64,000 nt of DNA from Perkinsus chesapeaki ATCC PRA-425 (GCA_013115145.1 JAAPAO010000036.1:1-64000), one strand, 5' to 3'; shown: positions 12,387 through 28,143, counted from the stretch's first letter. Notes: generated by a model not told the origin, from the letters alone. Program-made: numbers and translations.

Positions 12387-13238
12387 ATGTTTGACAAGAT
12401 TTCACGCCGTCACGAGGAACACAAGGCCGAGCGCGAGCTGGCCCGGGCAGAGAAGGCCGAGGATGATCTCTTCGGCTTCGGTGCCTTCGACAGGATGTTC
12501 CGTGCTCAGGAAAGGGTACTAGCCGGGCCCGGCGGCGGCGATGGCTGCTGCTGCTGCTCTGTGATGAGGTTTGCTGTTTCAGGCCATGGACCGTATGATG
12601 AGGGGAATGGAGGAGGACATGTCACTCGTGTCTCGCAATGATGGTGACAACTTCTTCGGTGGGATGTTGTCCGCTGGTCAGCCTCAAGGGCAGTACTCCA
12701 GCCAGGTAAGGGATCGTATTAGCCTCAATGGAGCGAACTTGATGATTTTATAATAGGTTTATGTGACCTCAACCACCAGAGGTGCTGACGGTAAAACAGT
12801 TACCGAGCAGTATCAGAGCTCTACGGTGGGAGATGCTGAGAGGCAACTGCGTGAGCAGCAAGAGATGTACTCGAATTCCGGCACTGGTATGGACAAGATG
12901 GCCTTGGAGAGGACCATGGGTGACCAAGGTAATAACAGCAGCAGCAGTGCCCATTCCGACCTCCGAGGAATCTTTCAGGTCGCAAGGTGATCCGCAGCCG
13001 CAACCGTACTACCGGCGAGCAGAACACCCAAGATATGTTCCGTGGAGGTCTCACTGAAGATCAAGCTACCGAGTTCGATCAGAGATGGCAGAGAGACGCG
13101 GCTCCTAACCTCCCGCAGCACGGAGCCTCCGGGATGAAGGCCCTCGGCGGCGCCCGCTACAGCAGCATTGGTGACGCACAGGACGGGCAGTCCAGAGGCA
13201 GACGCTATGAGCAGCGACAGCTCACTGGCGGGATCTAA
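12387..13238 (+). CDS. Myeloid leukemia factor (MLF)-like protein
   Basis: Spliced product ...REQQEMYSNSGTGMDKMALERTMGDQGRKVIRSRNRTTGEQNTQDMFRGGLTEDQATEFDQRW resembles the MLF core as recalled from animal MLF1/2. Confidence 0.75.
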
Positions 13239-13483
13239 GATACTTTCTAGGTCAGCTTTCAAACACCCATTGCTCTCTTGAAAGATACCCTTTGGGCCGT
13301 ATGGTCTATTATTAGATGTTTGTGAATAAACCCGCTGATGTCTGGTTAATATGCTAATAGATCTCTCCACCATTGAGTGACGAGAAGATCCCCCAAATAC
13401 CCTCTCAGTATAAATGATTTTTACAATACAAACTGGCTCTTGCGTTGCCTGCTCGCTCTCCACATCTTCAGGAATTCTCCATC

Positions 13484-15195
13484 ATGGCCGAGGCGTCTGT
13501 CCAGGAGGGTGTCGATTCCGGCATGCGGGATCGAATGCTAGCGGCCCTCTATGAGAACGATGCCCTTCATTATATTATCCAGCTATTTTGGGATGCCCTG
13601 GATGCCAGGGAGGGGAGTATTGGAGAAGAGGAGTACGTTAAACTTAACGTCCGTTTACAGGTCAGCTTGAGCCTTAATCTTGTTGGTAATTTCTTCTCCT
13701 CAGAAATGCCTTCTGGTGGACTTCGAGCTGGATGAGGCAGTTGAGTCTGCTCGAGGTGACTGGATGGAAGAGATGCTGCCCAATATTACAGAAGGCCACC
13801 ATAAACAACAGAGTACGAAGACTGCCATCCTCTTGTCGATCTTTACCGCTCTAGTGGAATACCCCGGTCTGGCCGCATTCCTATTCGAGCTGTGTACCCT
13901 CTGGTGCCCATCTTCACCTTCGCTGAATGTAAGCTCTCCACAGTACGGCTCATCATGGTCCCTCAGGACTACCTTTTCTTCCTTACATCCGTCTACTTGT
14001 GTGTCACCGAGGCCCGAGGGCGTATTGGAGCCTCGCTGGCGACCTCATTGGACGACGTTAACGTGCTGCCGCCTACTTTCTTCACCCTACTTGCCACGGA
14101 TACCTCCGGAGGAGCTCGGCAGGCAGCCCTTGACGGTGACTTGGAGCGATGGCTCTGCTATCTCGAAGACCACCGGGCTCTTCAGGAGGCAGTGTTGATG
14201 ACGCAGAGGAAGGCTTTCGCTGTCACCAACGACGCTCGTGCTGTGTGGATTTTCGGTACCGCTGATCAGCACAAGTCCTCTGATGCTATCGTTATGGGGT
14301 ACACAGCTCGGGGTAGGGAAGCCGGGCCCGGCAGTGGCAGCGGTCTCCTCCGAGGGCAGATGAGGGGGGCTCCTGCTCTCCTCTACGGCAGTAGCATGGT
14401 GGATATCATGCCCCCTAAACGGCATTGCTCCATCATCAACATCCCATTAGACCACAGTCTTGGAGTAGCCTTTGAGAAAGTGACGCCTGCTGGTCAAGTC
14501 CCTCCTAGTAAGCTTACCGCTCTCGGTGCTCCTCGTAAGGAGAGATCCTCGACCAAGAGGGCCCCGTCGGTGAAAGTGCTAGGCAATGACGCGTTTAATC
14601 TAACAGGGATCCACGCAGCCTCGGCTGCTTATACTAGTATCTACTGCCCTCGAGGGGGTTGCCATGTTCATGGTCCTTATGATGTCCTTGAAGGATACTA
14701 TGGCAAGTTGGCCGCAGCCAACAAGCGAGGACTTGATGATCCGGAGGCCCTCCTCAGGAGGTAGCGACGACGGTGGTCTCGCTGTCAGCATGCTTTTTGG
14801 TATCAGGTTCGCCGAAGGTCGTCGAGCCCGCTCTCGCCGCCGAGGTTTCGGACTCTCCCGATTGAAGCTGCCACGTGCTGTTATTGACGAAATTAAATGT
14901 AGAGGAGGTAAGCCTTAGTTGTTGAAGTCCCTGTTTGACGTGGCTGTACTCAGGTCCTCCGGGGCCCATGGACCATCCCACCGACCCAATGTGGTCAACT
15001 ATGAATGCGCGGCTCCGAAGGTTGCTCAGAGTTGGCCGACGGAGACTTCGTAGGCAGAAGAGGAGGATGAATAGAGCCAAGAGGGGCGAGGATGGTAGGA
15101 AGGTGGTGCTGGAAGAATCATATAGTGTAATGCTTCAGGATTGGATGATAATAAGGCCCGGGGGCGACTTTCGGCAAAAGACAGGTCTCTATTGA
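13484..15195 (+). CDS. Hypothetical protein with N-terminal EF-hand-like helical region
   Basis: FWDALDAREGSIGEEEYVKLNVRLQKCL resembles a degenerate EF-hand. Several long ORFs are joined by GT-AG introns, with an Arg-rich C-terminus. Confidence 0.55.
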
Positions 15196-15410
15196 GTAGT
15201 ACTGTGTGCCGGTCAGTTGACCGGTAAATGACGATCAAGGGGGCTTCTTGCCATGATCACTTCACCATGATCACACCATAGTCGTACCATACACACCTAT
15301 TGTTGTTGATTTGGGACCTTTGGGAAAGTCTTAAAGCTGTCAGTCGAACAGTTTAACCATCTTTGCTTAATACCCTTCTGACTCTTCTCAGTTTTTCTTT
15401 TTTACCTACT

Positions 15411-18400
15411 ATGCCCCACAGGAGGAGAAATAACAAGTCTTCGTCAACCGCCGCCGTTGGTGTGGCCCCGGAGCCCTCGGCCAGCGGGTCCATCCTAGCA
15501 AAGGAGCCCCCAGCGGCCGTTGCCATGTCGCCAGCGGCGACAACCGCCGGTGCCGACTCTCCGATAGAGCCCAAGTCTCCGATCGACACAATCGACTCGC
15601 CTGTCCCTGTGGTGTCCAGCAGTGCTGCTCGTCGTCGCAGGAGGCGTCGTCGTGCTCGTCAAGAGGTGTGGCTGCAATAGTGTTGCTGTCGATGTGGATA
15701 TGGGTATACTTAGGCCGCGGAGGAAGAGGAGGAGGAGCCAAAGCCAGTGGAGTTGACTAAGAGCCAGTTGAAGAGAAAGAAGAGACTGCAAAGGAAGGCC
15801 GAGGCAGATCAGGATGAACCAAAGCCGATCAAGGCGGTAGGAGCATCATCGCCTGTCTCGCCTCCTGAGGTTCATCACCGTACTGTTCAGGACCCTTCGC
15901 TCTTCCAACCTGTCCCTGACTTCTCCTCGAAGGCTATGATGGACGCTCTGTTCACTGCTACCAGCAGGCAGAGACTTGCCCAGATTGAGTGGGCCGAGTT
16001 CCAGTCCTTGGCTAACTCCCTCGACCAGCAGCTCGAGGACATCCGTGCGGAGCTACCTCCGAGGCCGCGGGACAAGCGTCAAACGACACAGCGGTTGCAG
16101 CAGCAGATCTACGAGCTGACGCAGTTGTCGCCGTCGGAAGAAGTCAACGGCATGCTGGAATCGGCGCAGTCGGAGCTGGTCCCGACCGCCGCCCATGAGA
16201 TGTTCAGAAACCTCCAGCATCGTGTGGCTCTTGTGAAGAAGGAGTTTGGGGAGCGACAAAAGGAAGAGAGTGATAAGAAGAAGCAACAAAGGGAAGTTGC
16301 CATTGAGAGCAGGAGGGCAGCCAGACTGGGAAAGATGCTCCGGAGGGAAGTGAAGGATCTTTTCGAGGCCGAGCTGCCGATGATCTCTACCGGCTTTGAG
16401 GATGGAGTTCAGGTAGGTGCCTCTGGAGGGGCCTCTGGATCCCTGTGATGGGTTCCTGTTCAGGCTCGTCTCATTGGTCTTCTCTTTCCTCCTGAGGATC
16501 AGCCGACTGTCCTTCCCCGTGTTGAGAAGTCTACCGAGGCCCTCTTGGAGCCACTTCACGGTGAAACCGGCCTCGTCCGTGGTGTCCGCATCGCGGCTGC
16601 CTCTGAGGACGCCCTGGCCTCTGCGGTGCAGCATCTGAAGGCCGTTGATGTTAACAAGGTGGCCCGTGTGCCGATCCCCACCGACGTTCCTGGTGCTCGA
16701 AGACGTGCTGGCGACGCTGTCCGCAAGCTCGAGTCAGCCGACCAGTCGCTCTATATCACCTTCGGCAACAACGAGATAGTCGTGAACGGTCCTTCTAAGG
16801 GGTCTGTGGTCGATGAGGCAGCCGAGCAGATCAAGGACGCTATGAAGTCGGTTGACCGTACCTCCCAGAACTCGGTTACCAAGGATGTTAGCTTGGACTC
16901 TGAGACGCTTCGCTGTGTGATGGGCGATAGTGCAATGGGTCTAAGGAAGATCCAGGCCCAAACGGGTTGCTTCCTACACGCCAGGTTTAATAACCAGAAG
17001 GCCACTGTAACAATTAGGGGTCCGTCCGATGCCAAGGTGGCCGAAGCCGCAAAAGCTCTGAGCACTGCGGCCAAGGAGGTGACCAGGATTGAAGTAGCGG
17101 TTCCTTCCGAGGAGCAACAGCAGAAGCTGTTCTCTAGTAACGGTCTCCTTGCCCCTCGCTTCGCGACCATCAAGCGCGAGAACCGAGGAGGTTGCCGTTT
17201 CGTGAAGGACTCGAGTAACAGGAAGGTGACAGTTCTCTCCCAAGATCACGAGGAGGCAGAGAAGGCTGCTAAAGAGGTCCGAGAGCTCGTCGAGGAAGCC
17301 TCGATGAACTTCGAGACGGTCGCGGTGCCGAGTAACCAGGTAAATGTCTGGATGCGTTCTGCCAATGTGGAGCTCTTGCGCATCAAGAACGAGTTGGGCA
17401 GGGTTCTGTTCAAGCGCGGCGGAGGAGTGAACAATGAAAATTCGGGCCCGAGGCTGGAGCTCATCGGCACCCCTGAGGCCATCGCTCGGGCTAAGAAGGA
17501 TATCCCGGTTCTGGCCGCCAATGCGGAGGTCACCGAGACCTTTGCCATCCTCGGTGCTTGCAGCGGCAACGCTAAACTTGCCGATGCTGTAACGAGCTCT
17601 CTTATGAGAGACCGCGCTGCCAAGTTGAACCAGATAGGCAAGGAGACGGGCACTAACCTAACTATGCTAGGCGGCAGCGGCAAAGGCGGTGGAAGGTCCC
17701 CACCGAACACTCAAAGTGGCAATCGTCGAGAGATCCGCATAACCGGCTCGAAGGCTGATGTTGTTCAAGCCAAACGAGTAAGTCAGTCGTCTCGGATAGC
17801 GTTTATAATATTCAATACTCTTTCGTAGATGCTTGGCCAGTTGGTCAACGACTTGCGGGAAGCAACGAGCTCGACGGCAACATCTGAATTTGAGATACCC
17901 GAAGATACCGTGAGGTTGGTCATCGGCGCCAAGGGCAGAACGGTAACGATCTTTGATATGGGGATATAGATGTAAACGGATGTTCTTCTTTCGCAGATAC
18001 AGCGTATCAAGGCTGTCTCGGGCGTCATCTCCATAGACTTCGAAAAGGCTGACGATGGGAAATCCAAGTGTCGGATAAACGGCAAGCCCGAGGCTGTCGC
18101 TCGGGCTGAGGAGATGGTGAAGGCCATCTCAGCAGGGGAGCAAGTCGACTTTACCAAGAAGGTGGAAGAGACTCAAAAAGCTACTGCACCTGTGAGGCTG
18201 CTATTGCTGGAACCGTTTACACTCGCTGTTTTGGTAGGCCTTTGAATCAGCGCGGTCTGGTCCGAGGCTCCTCAAAGCGCATCCCGGCGCCAAGCCCACT
18301 GGTGCGACCAAAAAGGCGGGGAAACGTAAGCGAATCGATTATGGTTAGCTGAATCGATAGATTCTGTGTAGGTAACCAGTCCAAGGCGTCCAAGTCGGAA

Positions 18401-18481
18401 GAGACAGATGATGAGAAGTTCCCTGCCCTCTCCGCCGTAACGGATGATAAGACAACGCCAAATACCGAAGTTGGGGCGTAG
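15411..18481 (+). CDS. Multi-KH-domain RNA-binding protein (vigilin/Scp160-like)
   Basis: A canonical KH (VRLVIGAKGRTIQRIKAVSGV...CRINGKPEAVARAEEMV) plus several degenerate repeats ending in I-x-G-x4-V-x2-A, preceded by a coiled-coil N-terminal region. Confidence 0.75.
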
Positions 18482-18639
18482 ATAGGATCGCTGATATTAT
18501 ACACTAGATTATTTAGGCCTTCTGATGGAGGCAACTGTTGGTAGAACTCTTATTTTCGTGTTCTAACTAATATGAACGGTGTTGAGTTAGTTACTACTTG
18601 AACGCGACAAACCACAAAGCAGAAACTAACATCATGATC

Positions 18640-19089
18640 ATCATCCTGCCTTCTTTACAGGAGTACACTTACCATTAACTTCGGTGGTTTTTAATAATAA
18701 AGTGATGGCTTGATTGAAATGCTTCATCAAGCAATTGTCAAGAGTGTTCGCTCGAGCTTGGCTCTGAAATGCCACGTTATATAAACACAAGTAGTATTTC
18801 TCACTATAGAGGTGGAAGCTGCTTGATACTCCTCTTTACATCGCCGATATTTCTGAGTTGCCATACCAAAGCACAGGATCATGCTCCGTCGATAGTTGTC
18901 GTCATCTCGATGCTCGTAGTAGTCATCTACCTGATGTGGATGATTAGGGCGTCGCAGGGGAGGTCTAACCTCGTTGTGGCATTGCCGTGATAAAATGGTC
19001 TGAACTTCCCATTGGAAACACGAATTTGGTCCACTGTGTTCGCTCTGGTACTTCGCAGCATCACGGCCAATCGACCAGAAGTCGCTCAT
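18640..19089 (-). CDS. Small spliced hypothetical protein
   Basis: 120-aa ORF containing two plausible ~40-nt GT-AG introns; spaced cysteines. Boundaries tentative. Confidence 0.3.
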
Positions 19090-19297
19090 GGGCTCAAGTC
19101 AGGCGCTATCGAGACACTAAAAGACACTCCATATCCTTCAGAGGTTTATTTATCAAAGCAATGCGTGAATGATCTGGAAACTCAGCGACTCGACATACCA
19201 AAGAAGGCATCCACGTAAGCTACAACTAGCAAATCAAGTTTGAAAAAATCAGCTCAAGTCGAACAGGCCCAACAGATATCGCATGTCTGTCGGCTTG

Positions 19298-21564
<2,267 letters not shown>

Positions 21565-22582
21565 TCAGACGTTGGAACCAACGTGAGGAGTTTGTCCGGA
21601 ACTGAGGACAATGCTCTCTGAAGTTGAGCGGTTGGGCTAATTGCTTAATCGGCTCGAGCCATTGAGTCAGTCTGCTAAGCCACTGTAATGCGCGCGCCCC
21701 ATTGTCCCCAATGGTCTCTGTATCGCCCGTGACGTGGGTCGACAGCCACGGTTATTGTTCATTGCACTAAGGTTTGTGCTGCAGTTTTAGCTACGTGCGC
21801 ACCGGCGTCTCAGCACACATTGCAGCAGTTCCGTATCGGCCGGACGATGCATGCGAACTGTTCGGCGTGAAATACAAGGATATCGAGATGGAGGCTTTAT
21901 CGCAAATGGCGCCCAGCTTGAGGGTGATAGAAGACGGTTGGGAAGGTTGACTTGAAGTTGGGAGCAGCTGGGCGGCCCGGTGGAATGGAAGAATAACGGT
22001 GGTTTCACGGTGGCGGCCATCAAGTTACGTTAGCGATCCGTCAGGGAAGACACTGGAGAGCGTCAGATGCACCAGGGACACGACGAGGGTGATGAGGGAC
22101 AGCAACGGTGGCGAGCTGGAGCGTCAATTTACATTTTACAAGGCAAAGGGACGAGGCGTGATCTTGAGGAGCTCCTTCTGACCCTCTTTGGATGCGTCAA
22201 TCAGTGAACACTTGCACAACAGTAACGAATCATGGCTGGCAGGGATTTCTCGATGGCAGACACCTCTTGCTTAAATGGGAGGAGGCAGCAGCAGCAGGAT
22301 AAAGCATCCGAGCAATAGATGATATGACGAAGATTTCCAGGATCACGCGGCGTTACTTAACAAAGTTAGTCAACGGTTATCCTACGAGGGCCCGTCAATA
22401 ACATAAAGGCCAGAACGCTGCCTATTAGAGTACGCATTCCGGTTCAAAGCGACAAGGATGACGAATTAAAAACCCAAACCAAGCCATGGAAGTGCTCGAG
22501 TGAAAGTGTCATTTTTATTAAATCAGTTGTGTGGTATCAAGAAATGACACGGGATAAACCGTCAACAACTCAACAGCAACGC

Positions 22583-24905
22583 CTACTGCAAGAGAAGCCA
22601 GCCAATCTGCCTTCTGAATATGAACCTGACGACCGAGATGAAGCTCTCTAGGCGCTCATGGCTGCCGAAGCACTTACGCCAGAATAATAGCCACCACTGC
22701 GGTCATCTTCCCTGGTGTCATCAACTTAGTCAACTTACCCCATATGAGAGACAACTGAGATACATGAATAAAGCAAGTCGTGTGTCATTAACGAGCGACC
22801 TTGGCGTTGAGAACCATCCCGAGGAACTTGGCATCTGCACCGGTATAAGGAGGGTAACGCTGGGGAACATCCAGCACTGTAGGGCGAGACAGGACCTGAA
22901 CGAGCGGATTGCCGGAAGGACAACTAACTTGTATGTTGCATCCTACAGCCTTCTTGTGAGAGAAACACTCGAAGGAGTACTTGCCGTGGTAAGAGCCGAA
23001 CCCAGAGGCACCCGTGCCGCCGAAGGGGAGATCCTCCACACTCAGCTGCACCATGGTATCTGAAACGGCCACCGTTCGTGAGCTCGAGAAAGAACGGCGA
23101 AGGTTACCATTGATGGCCTGACTGCCAGAATGAATACTGTGCTTGAACGCCTCCTTCAAAGTGGCGTCAGATGAGAAGAGATAGGATGCAAGCGGGGCTG
23201 GCCGGGACCTGTCACATAATGGTATCTGGAGTCCGAAGGTGGGAGGGCATACCGAACGAAGTCGACGCATTCGGAGAAATCGCTGTAATAGCACACAGGG
23301 ATGATTGGACCGAAGATCTCCATCTGAAATGATAGACGTTAAATGTACTGTGATACCTCATGACGACTGACCTGCATCACTTTGGCCTTGGCGAAGCGCT
23401 TGTCTTTACGGAAGTTGATGACAGTGGGCGGCACGTAACTGACAAGCGCATCGTTCAGCAATCAAAAGGCTTTCGGCAGCGCTCACCATGTCTCGCGGTC
23501 CATAGTCTTCGGGCCGCCCAACACTATCAGGTCCTCTGAGCCCTCGAACAAGCTCGTCACCCTGTCGAAATTGCGCTGGTTAATCACACCTAGAAACTCC
23601 ACAGTGGAATCCTAGACCGGTCCCCACAGGATATCTCTACGCGCAAACCAGGAAGACTCCTTCGGATTCTCGCCGTAGAACTCTTTGATTGTGGATATCA
23701 CAAAGTCCACGAACTTCTCCCCGACATCCTCCTGCACCTGAAATGCAGCAGGTTCACTGGCGGCCATCACCGAGGCACAGGCGTTACCATAACATAGTCT
23801 GGGCGCACACAGGTCTGTCCAGCACTGGCCAGCGCGCCCCAAACAAGGCCTAAATAGAGATGGGAATGCAGCAGCTACGAAATACAAGATTCCCTACGTT
23901 TTGCGGAAACTGCCAAATCGGCCGTCCTGTCGATGATGCATGGGCTCTTGCCACCAAGCTCGAGGGTGCATGGTGTCAGGAACTTGGCTGCCTTCTCGTA
24001 AATTATACGACCGACGTTCGCACCTGAAATAGGAGTTCAATGGACGGAGAAAGGTGACAGTGGTTGATGGTACTTCCCGTGAAGAATATCTTTTGCCATT
24101 GATGTTGTAATATAGCATCACTTAGTTCTGGTCCACCATTAACAACTTTAATACATTCTTGATCCATATAACGTGGTATTAGCTGCATCATGGCTTGGGT
24201 ACTTTTAACTGCATAATCACCAGGTTTAAGTAATACCTAAATTAATATTAATAAATATCCATAATAAATCAACTTACACAATTCCCAGCAGCTATTGCGC
24301 CAATAACAGGTTGAAGACTTAATAGGAAATTATAATTCCATGCACCATAGATAACAACGCATCCTAAAGGCTCACTGACCAGCTCCGCCGTGCCTGAACG
24401 CATGATCTTTTATTTCCAAAAGCCCGAGTAAAGCTAACCAGGTAATGTGAGCAAGTTGGCTGACACTCGCTCTGGTGCCATCCAAGCCTTAAGATTAGAT
24501 TTGGAGAGTTCGATATCACTCAGGGCCAGCGATACTTGCATCACTTTGCTCTCCAGAGGAGAACTGAAGTAGGGAAATAAACTTGGCAAGGCTCGTTGTC
24601 GCTTCCTCCTCTTCCTACACATGCATATCCTCATACATGGCCTGCTCGAAGAGAGCCTCGTTCTCCGTCATCATCCTTTCTAATGCATCCAACTGCTCTA
24701 GGCGCCATTTTAGCGACTTGGTGCGATCTGGTTAAGGAAAGCTGCGAAGCACATGAAAGCCGTTAACTGCTTCTTAACCTGTTCTGAAGGCCGCCTGCAA
24801 CGAGCTGTATATGGCAGGTATCTCCTCCGGCTTAGTGTCCGGTATGAACTCCTCAGAGGTGGGTAGTAGTGGAGTGGTGTCTACTGTGATACTTGATGAT
24901 GACAT
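22583..24905 (-). CDS. Aldehyde dehydrogenase, ALDH3/fatty-aldehyde type, paralogue A, with C-terminal membrane anchor
   Basis: Same motif set ([59 protein letters not shown]) and a hydrophobic tail ([10 protein letters not shown]). Confidence 0.9.
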
Positions 24906-25096
24906 TGTGACAAATATGGAAGGCTATAACGAATGGTAGAGAACAGTGTCTTGGTGAAGCCAAGGTGGGAGCCTAGGAAGCAAGAGTATGTAGCGGACGG
25001 TGGTTATCAACGGTAAAACACAGCTGTCAATAATTATAACGCAACAGTGTAATGAATAGTAAACGTAGGCTGGTAGTCGTCGACTGACTAGCATCG

Positions 25097-26323
25097 TCAC
25101 TCGTCCAGCCACCAACTGGTAAGACCCATACCATCTCCAGCTACACTGCCCAGCACTTGCATTGGTGGCAATGGTGCAGTCGGACCTTATCAATCATGAT
25201 CAGGCGGATCCTCTCTCCAGCTGCCCACTACCTTTTGCCTCCTTCTCTGCGACAGCCTCCGCCAACGCCGAGTTAGCCTTGGGCTCCTGCCGCTGGTTAA
25301 ACACTATTCCCTTTACAGTGAAGCATATTGTAGCACCTGAAGGAAAACATAGGGGAAGCTAATGGCACCTTGGACGGACCTGGCCTATAGAAAAAGCTAT
25401 CAGTTGCATCGTCTCGTTTATACTGCCATATCCACAGCTTAGTCTGCTCGTCATAGAGGCATGGGTCCCTAACAATGGAAGTACTTCATGCCAGTAGTGA
25501 TAAGCCTACTTAAGGTCGGCATACGGTATATGTACGTCCTTAAACCAGGAGCCCAGCTTCACATAGAGGCCAGTAGCGGTGGATCGATCCACTACACCGA
25601 CAAGCGTCTCACCAACCATTGGCCGAAACACACATAGCCGGAACGCTACTTTACAGAAGGCCCCTCCCTACAGTAGAGAGAATTCTGTATAGAGCTGCTG
25701 AACAGAGAATGGCACTACCTTTTGGTTGTGAAAGTCAGCCGGGTGTATATAGGCATCGGTGATTCTAATAACATCGTAGAGGGCTATCACCAGGCCAACC
25801 TCGGGGATAACTCTATCTACGTACCTAAGAGGTATAAAATAAACTAACCAACGCGGTAGGAATTCCGGATCTTTTTCGTGAAAGTGAATGCCGAAAGAAG
25901 CGAGAGTTCCGTAACTGATTCGGTAAGCAGGGTCGGCATAGCCAAAGATAAACGTGGTCTTGGTACCATCTCGGAAACGACACAATGGAGACACTAAGTA
26001 CCGCTGCTAGGATAATAAAAGTGTTACAGTTACACCACAATCGTACAAGCCTGTACAGAATACACCTGCTCAACGAGAATAAGGAAATAGTAACAGATGG
26101 CTACGAAGGTAACACACGAAATCAAAGGAAAATGGTGAGAAGTAGGATAGAGGTAAGAGGTGCCCTACCGTAATCCCTGAGTCCCTGATAGGCCTGCCAG
26201 CCAGCCCCCCTTGTTGTACTACTTCTCCTGTATCCTCCGCCGTAAATGCGTTATATGTTTTCCTGGCTCAAACTCATCTGGTGGTAGGACAATAGTGTCC
26301 GATACCACTGTGATGATAAACAT
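25097..26323 (-). CDS. RPC25: RNA polymerase III subunit RPC8/RPC25 (Rpb7-like)
   Basis: MFIITVVSDTIVLPPDEF...KYVDRVIPEVGLVIALYD...VAFRLCVFRPMVGETLVG...LWIWQY...DGMGLTSWW matches POLR3H/Rpc25 along its whole length. Confidence 0.9.
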
Positions 26324-26463
26324 CGGTAATACGTGCTGCTCACGTCTACTATCTCCATGGCTACACAACACGGTCTTTGCCACACTAGGAAAGGTCCATA
26401 TACAGTACTATAGAAAAATGAAACTAACGAGATGCTAAGGCTACTGTGTACCAGCGACGGTGT

Positions 26464-27806
26464 CTAAGCAGATGGAGCTGTGTGGCCCTTAGTGGCACTG
26501 GTATTGTCATCGATGAAGCTTATGACCTGCTTTATGGGCATAATCTCACCATCGACCTCCTGTGATCGTCCACTGAAACCAGAAAAATTGTGTCATCTAG
26601 AGGGGCAGCAGCAGGAGCGGAATAGCTTACGCCGACAGTATCTCAGAAGCAACCTTGGACATCGCTGGATAGGCAGCACGGATAAGTTGGTTTGCATGAA
26701 TAATAATATTAGCACCGTGCTCGGCGAGCTCAGACTCGTGTACACTGTTGTAACTGAGGAGGAGCAAGTATGAAGGGGGGTGGAGAAGGTGATGATGATG
26801 GCCCACCTAGTAGGCACTAGAATAATAGGAGTCTTCACCTTATCGGGGTATTGCTGACGGAAAACCTGAGTAACAGCAGCAGCAAGTGGGTAGATCGAAC
26901 ACTAGTGAACGAACAGTAGTACTTTGAGGAACTCATAGATCTCTTGGGGATCCTTCTGCCTAGAGTGGATCATAATACCATCACAGCCGCCTTTCTCAAG
27001 ATAGGCTGTAGCTCTACGCATTGCCTAAAGCATGATCCCATAGTTCAGTAATGAGAAGGAGGAGGATACCTCATCTTGTCCAAGGCCGGCGATAAGCGCT
27101 TCAACTCTGGCAAAGATCATGAAGTCGTTGGTGACCTGAGCATCCTTTCCAGCCGCCAGCTTATCACAGAATTCATCAACATCAGCCAGCTGTTGCTTCC
27201 TATAAGCAGTTAAGCGTTTCCACTCAATTAGGGCCTCATCGCCTACCTCTCGGTCCCGAACAGGGAGTTCTGCTTTAGGCCGGTCTTATCCTCAATAACA
27301 CAGGCGCTCACGCCAAGCCGCTCCAACTTCTTAACAGTGAAGCGGAAGATCTCAGCCTCTCCGCCAGTGTCACCATCATAGATCATTGGAAGGGATGAGA
27401 CATCCAAACAATCTTCAACTATCTGGAGCCTCTGTGTGGTATCGACAGTCTCTATATCAGGCATGCCCTTAAGTGTGCTGGATGTCAACGAGGACGACCA
27501 CATGCAATCGAACTTGGCCTGGGAACCTGATTCGCAACGTCTACGATCATCAAACTAGTGGGGACCAGGCGCTACTACCATCGGGCCTCAAACCGCGAGA
27601 TTGCTCAACAATCATGGCCGAGAGCCCCGAGTGGGCCTCCATTGCGCGAATGACACCGTTGTTGGGCTGAAACAGTAGAAGACATGCAACCTAGATGTAT
27701 GTAGGTAGTTCCATACCGCTCTCGCCTTGATGAGCTGCCTCAATGAGGCAAGTCTAGCAGTAGCTGTAGTGGAGGCAAAACCACGACGGGCAAAATTGGC
27801 CAACAT
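26464..27806 (-). CDS. pepM: Phosphoenolpyruvate phosphomutase with predicted mitochondrial presequence
   Basis: PepM signature EDK-x5-NS ([10 protein letters not shown]), plus [47 protein letters not shown] and HANQLIRA. N-terminus [12 protein letters not shown]. Confidence 0.92.
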
Positions 27807-28143
27807 ACGGAAGAGAAATAATAATAATAACTCAGAGAAAAGAGCGGTATGGCCTGTAACAGTTACCTTACTGGCGTGACACAATTCGGGACAGCCCCAT
27901 TACCACGCAGACTCTCCTGCTCTACTGTATATTGATCGGTCAGGCTTACTGAGACAACAACTACGCCTCCTATTTCTGGTGACCATAGCCTATACTATCC
28001 CTCACCGATCTTCACACTATCAATTCGGGGTCTATACCAGCTCACCGTGGCTACTAGCCTAGGATGCTCCAAGCGAGGGGAATGATGAGCTAGGGAACAC
28101 AACGATTATATGGAATGGAAATGATGAAACTGTCCCGTTCACG

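Noticed and set aside
21600-22500. Hidden gene or mobile element between the ALDH paralogues
   Set aside because: One exon-like stretch (LIDASKEGQKELLKITPRPF, minus strand) but no consistent splice chain, terminal repeats or target-site duplication.
26095-26105. Relict spliced leader: CGTAGCCATCT on the minus strand in the RPC8 intron (and ACCGTAGCCATC at 60967-60978)
   Set aside because: Only 11-12 nt of the ~22-nt perkinsid/dinoflagellate leader as I recall it. Neither has the 3' TGGCTCAAG or lies at a gene 5' end, and the second is antisense within a CDS, so both are compatible with chance.
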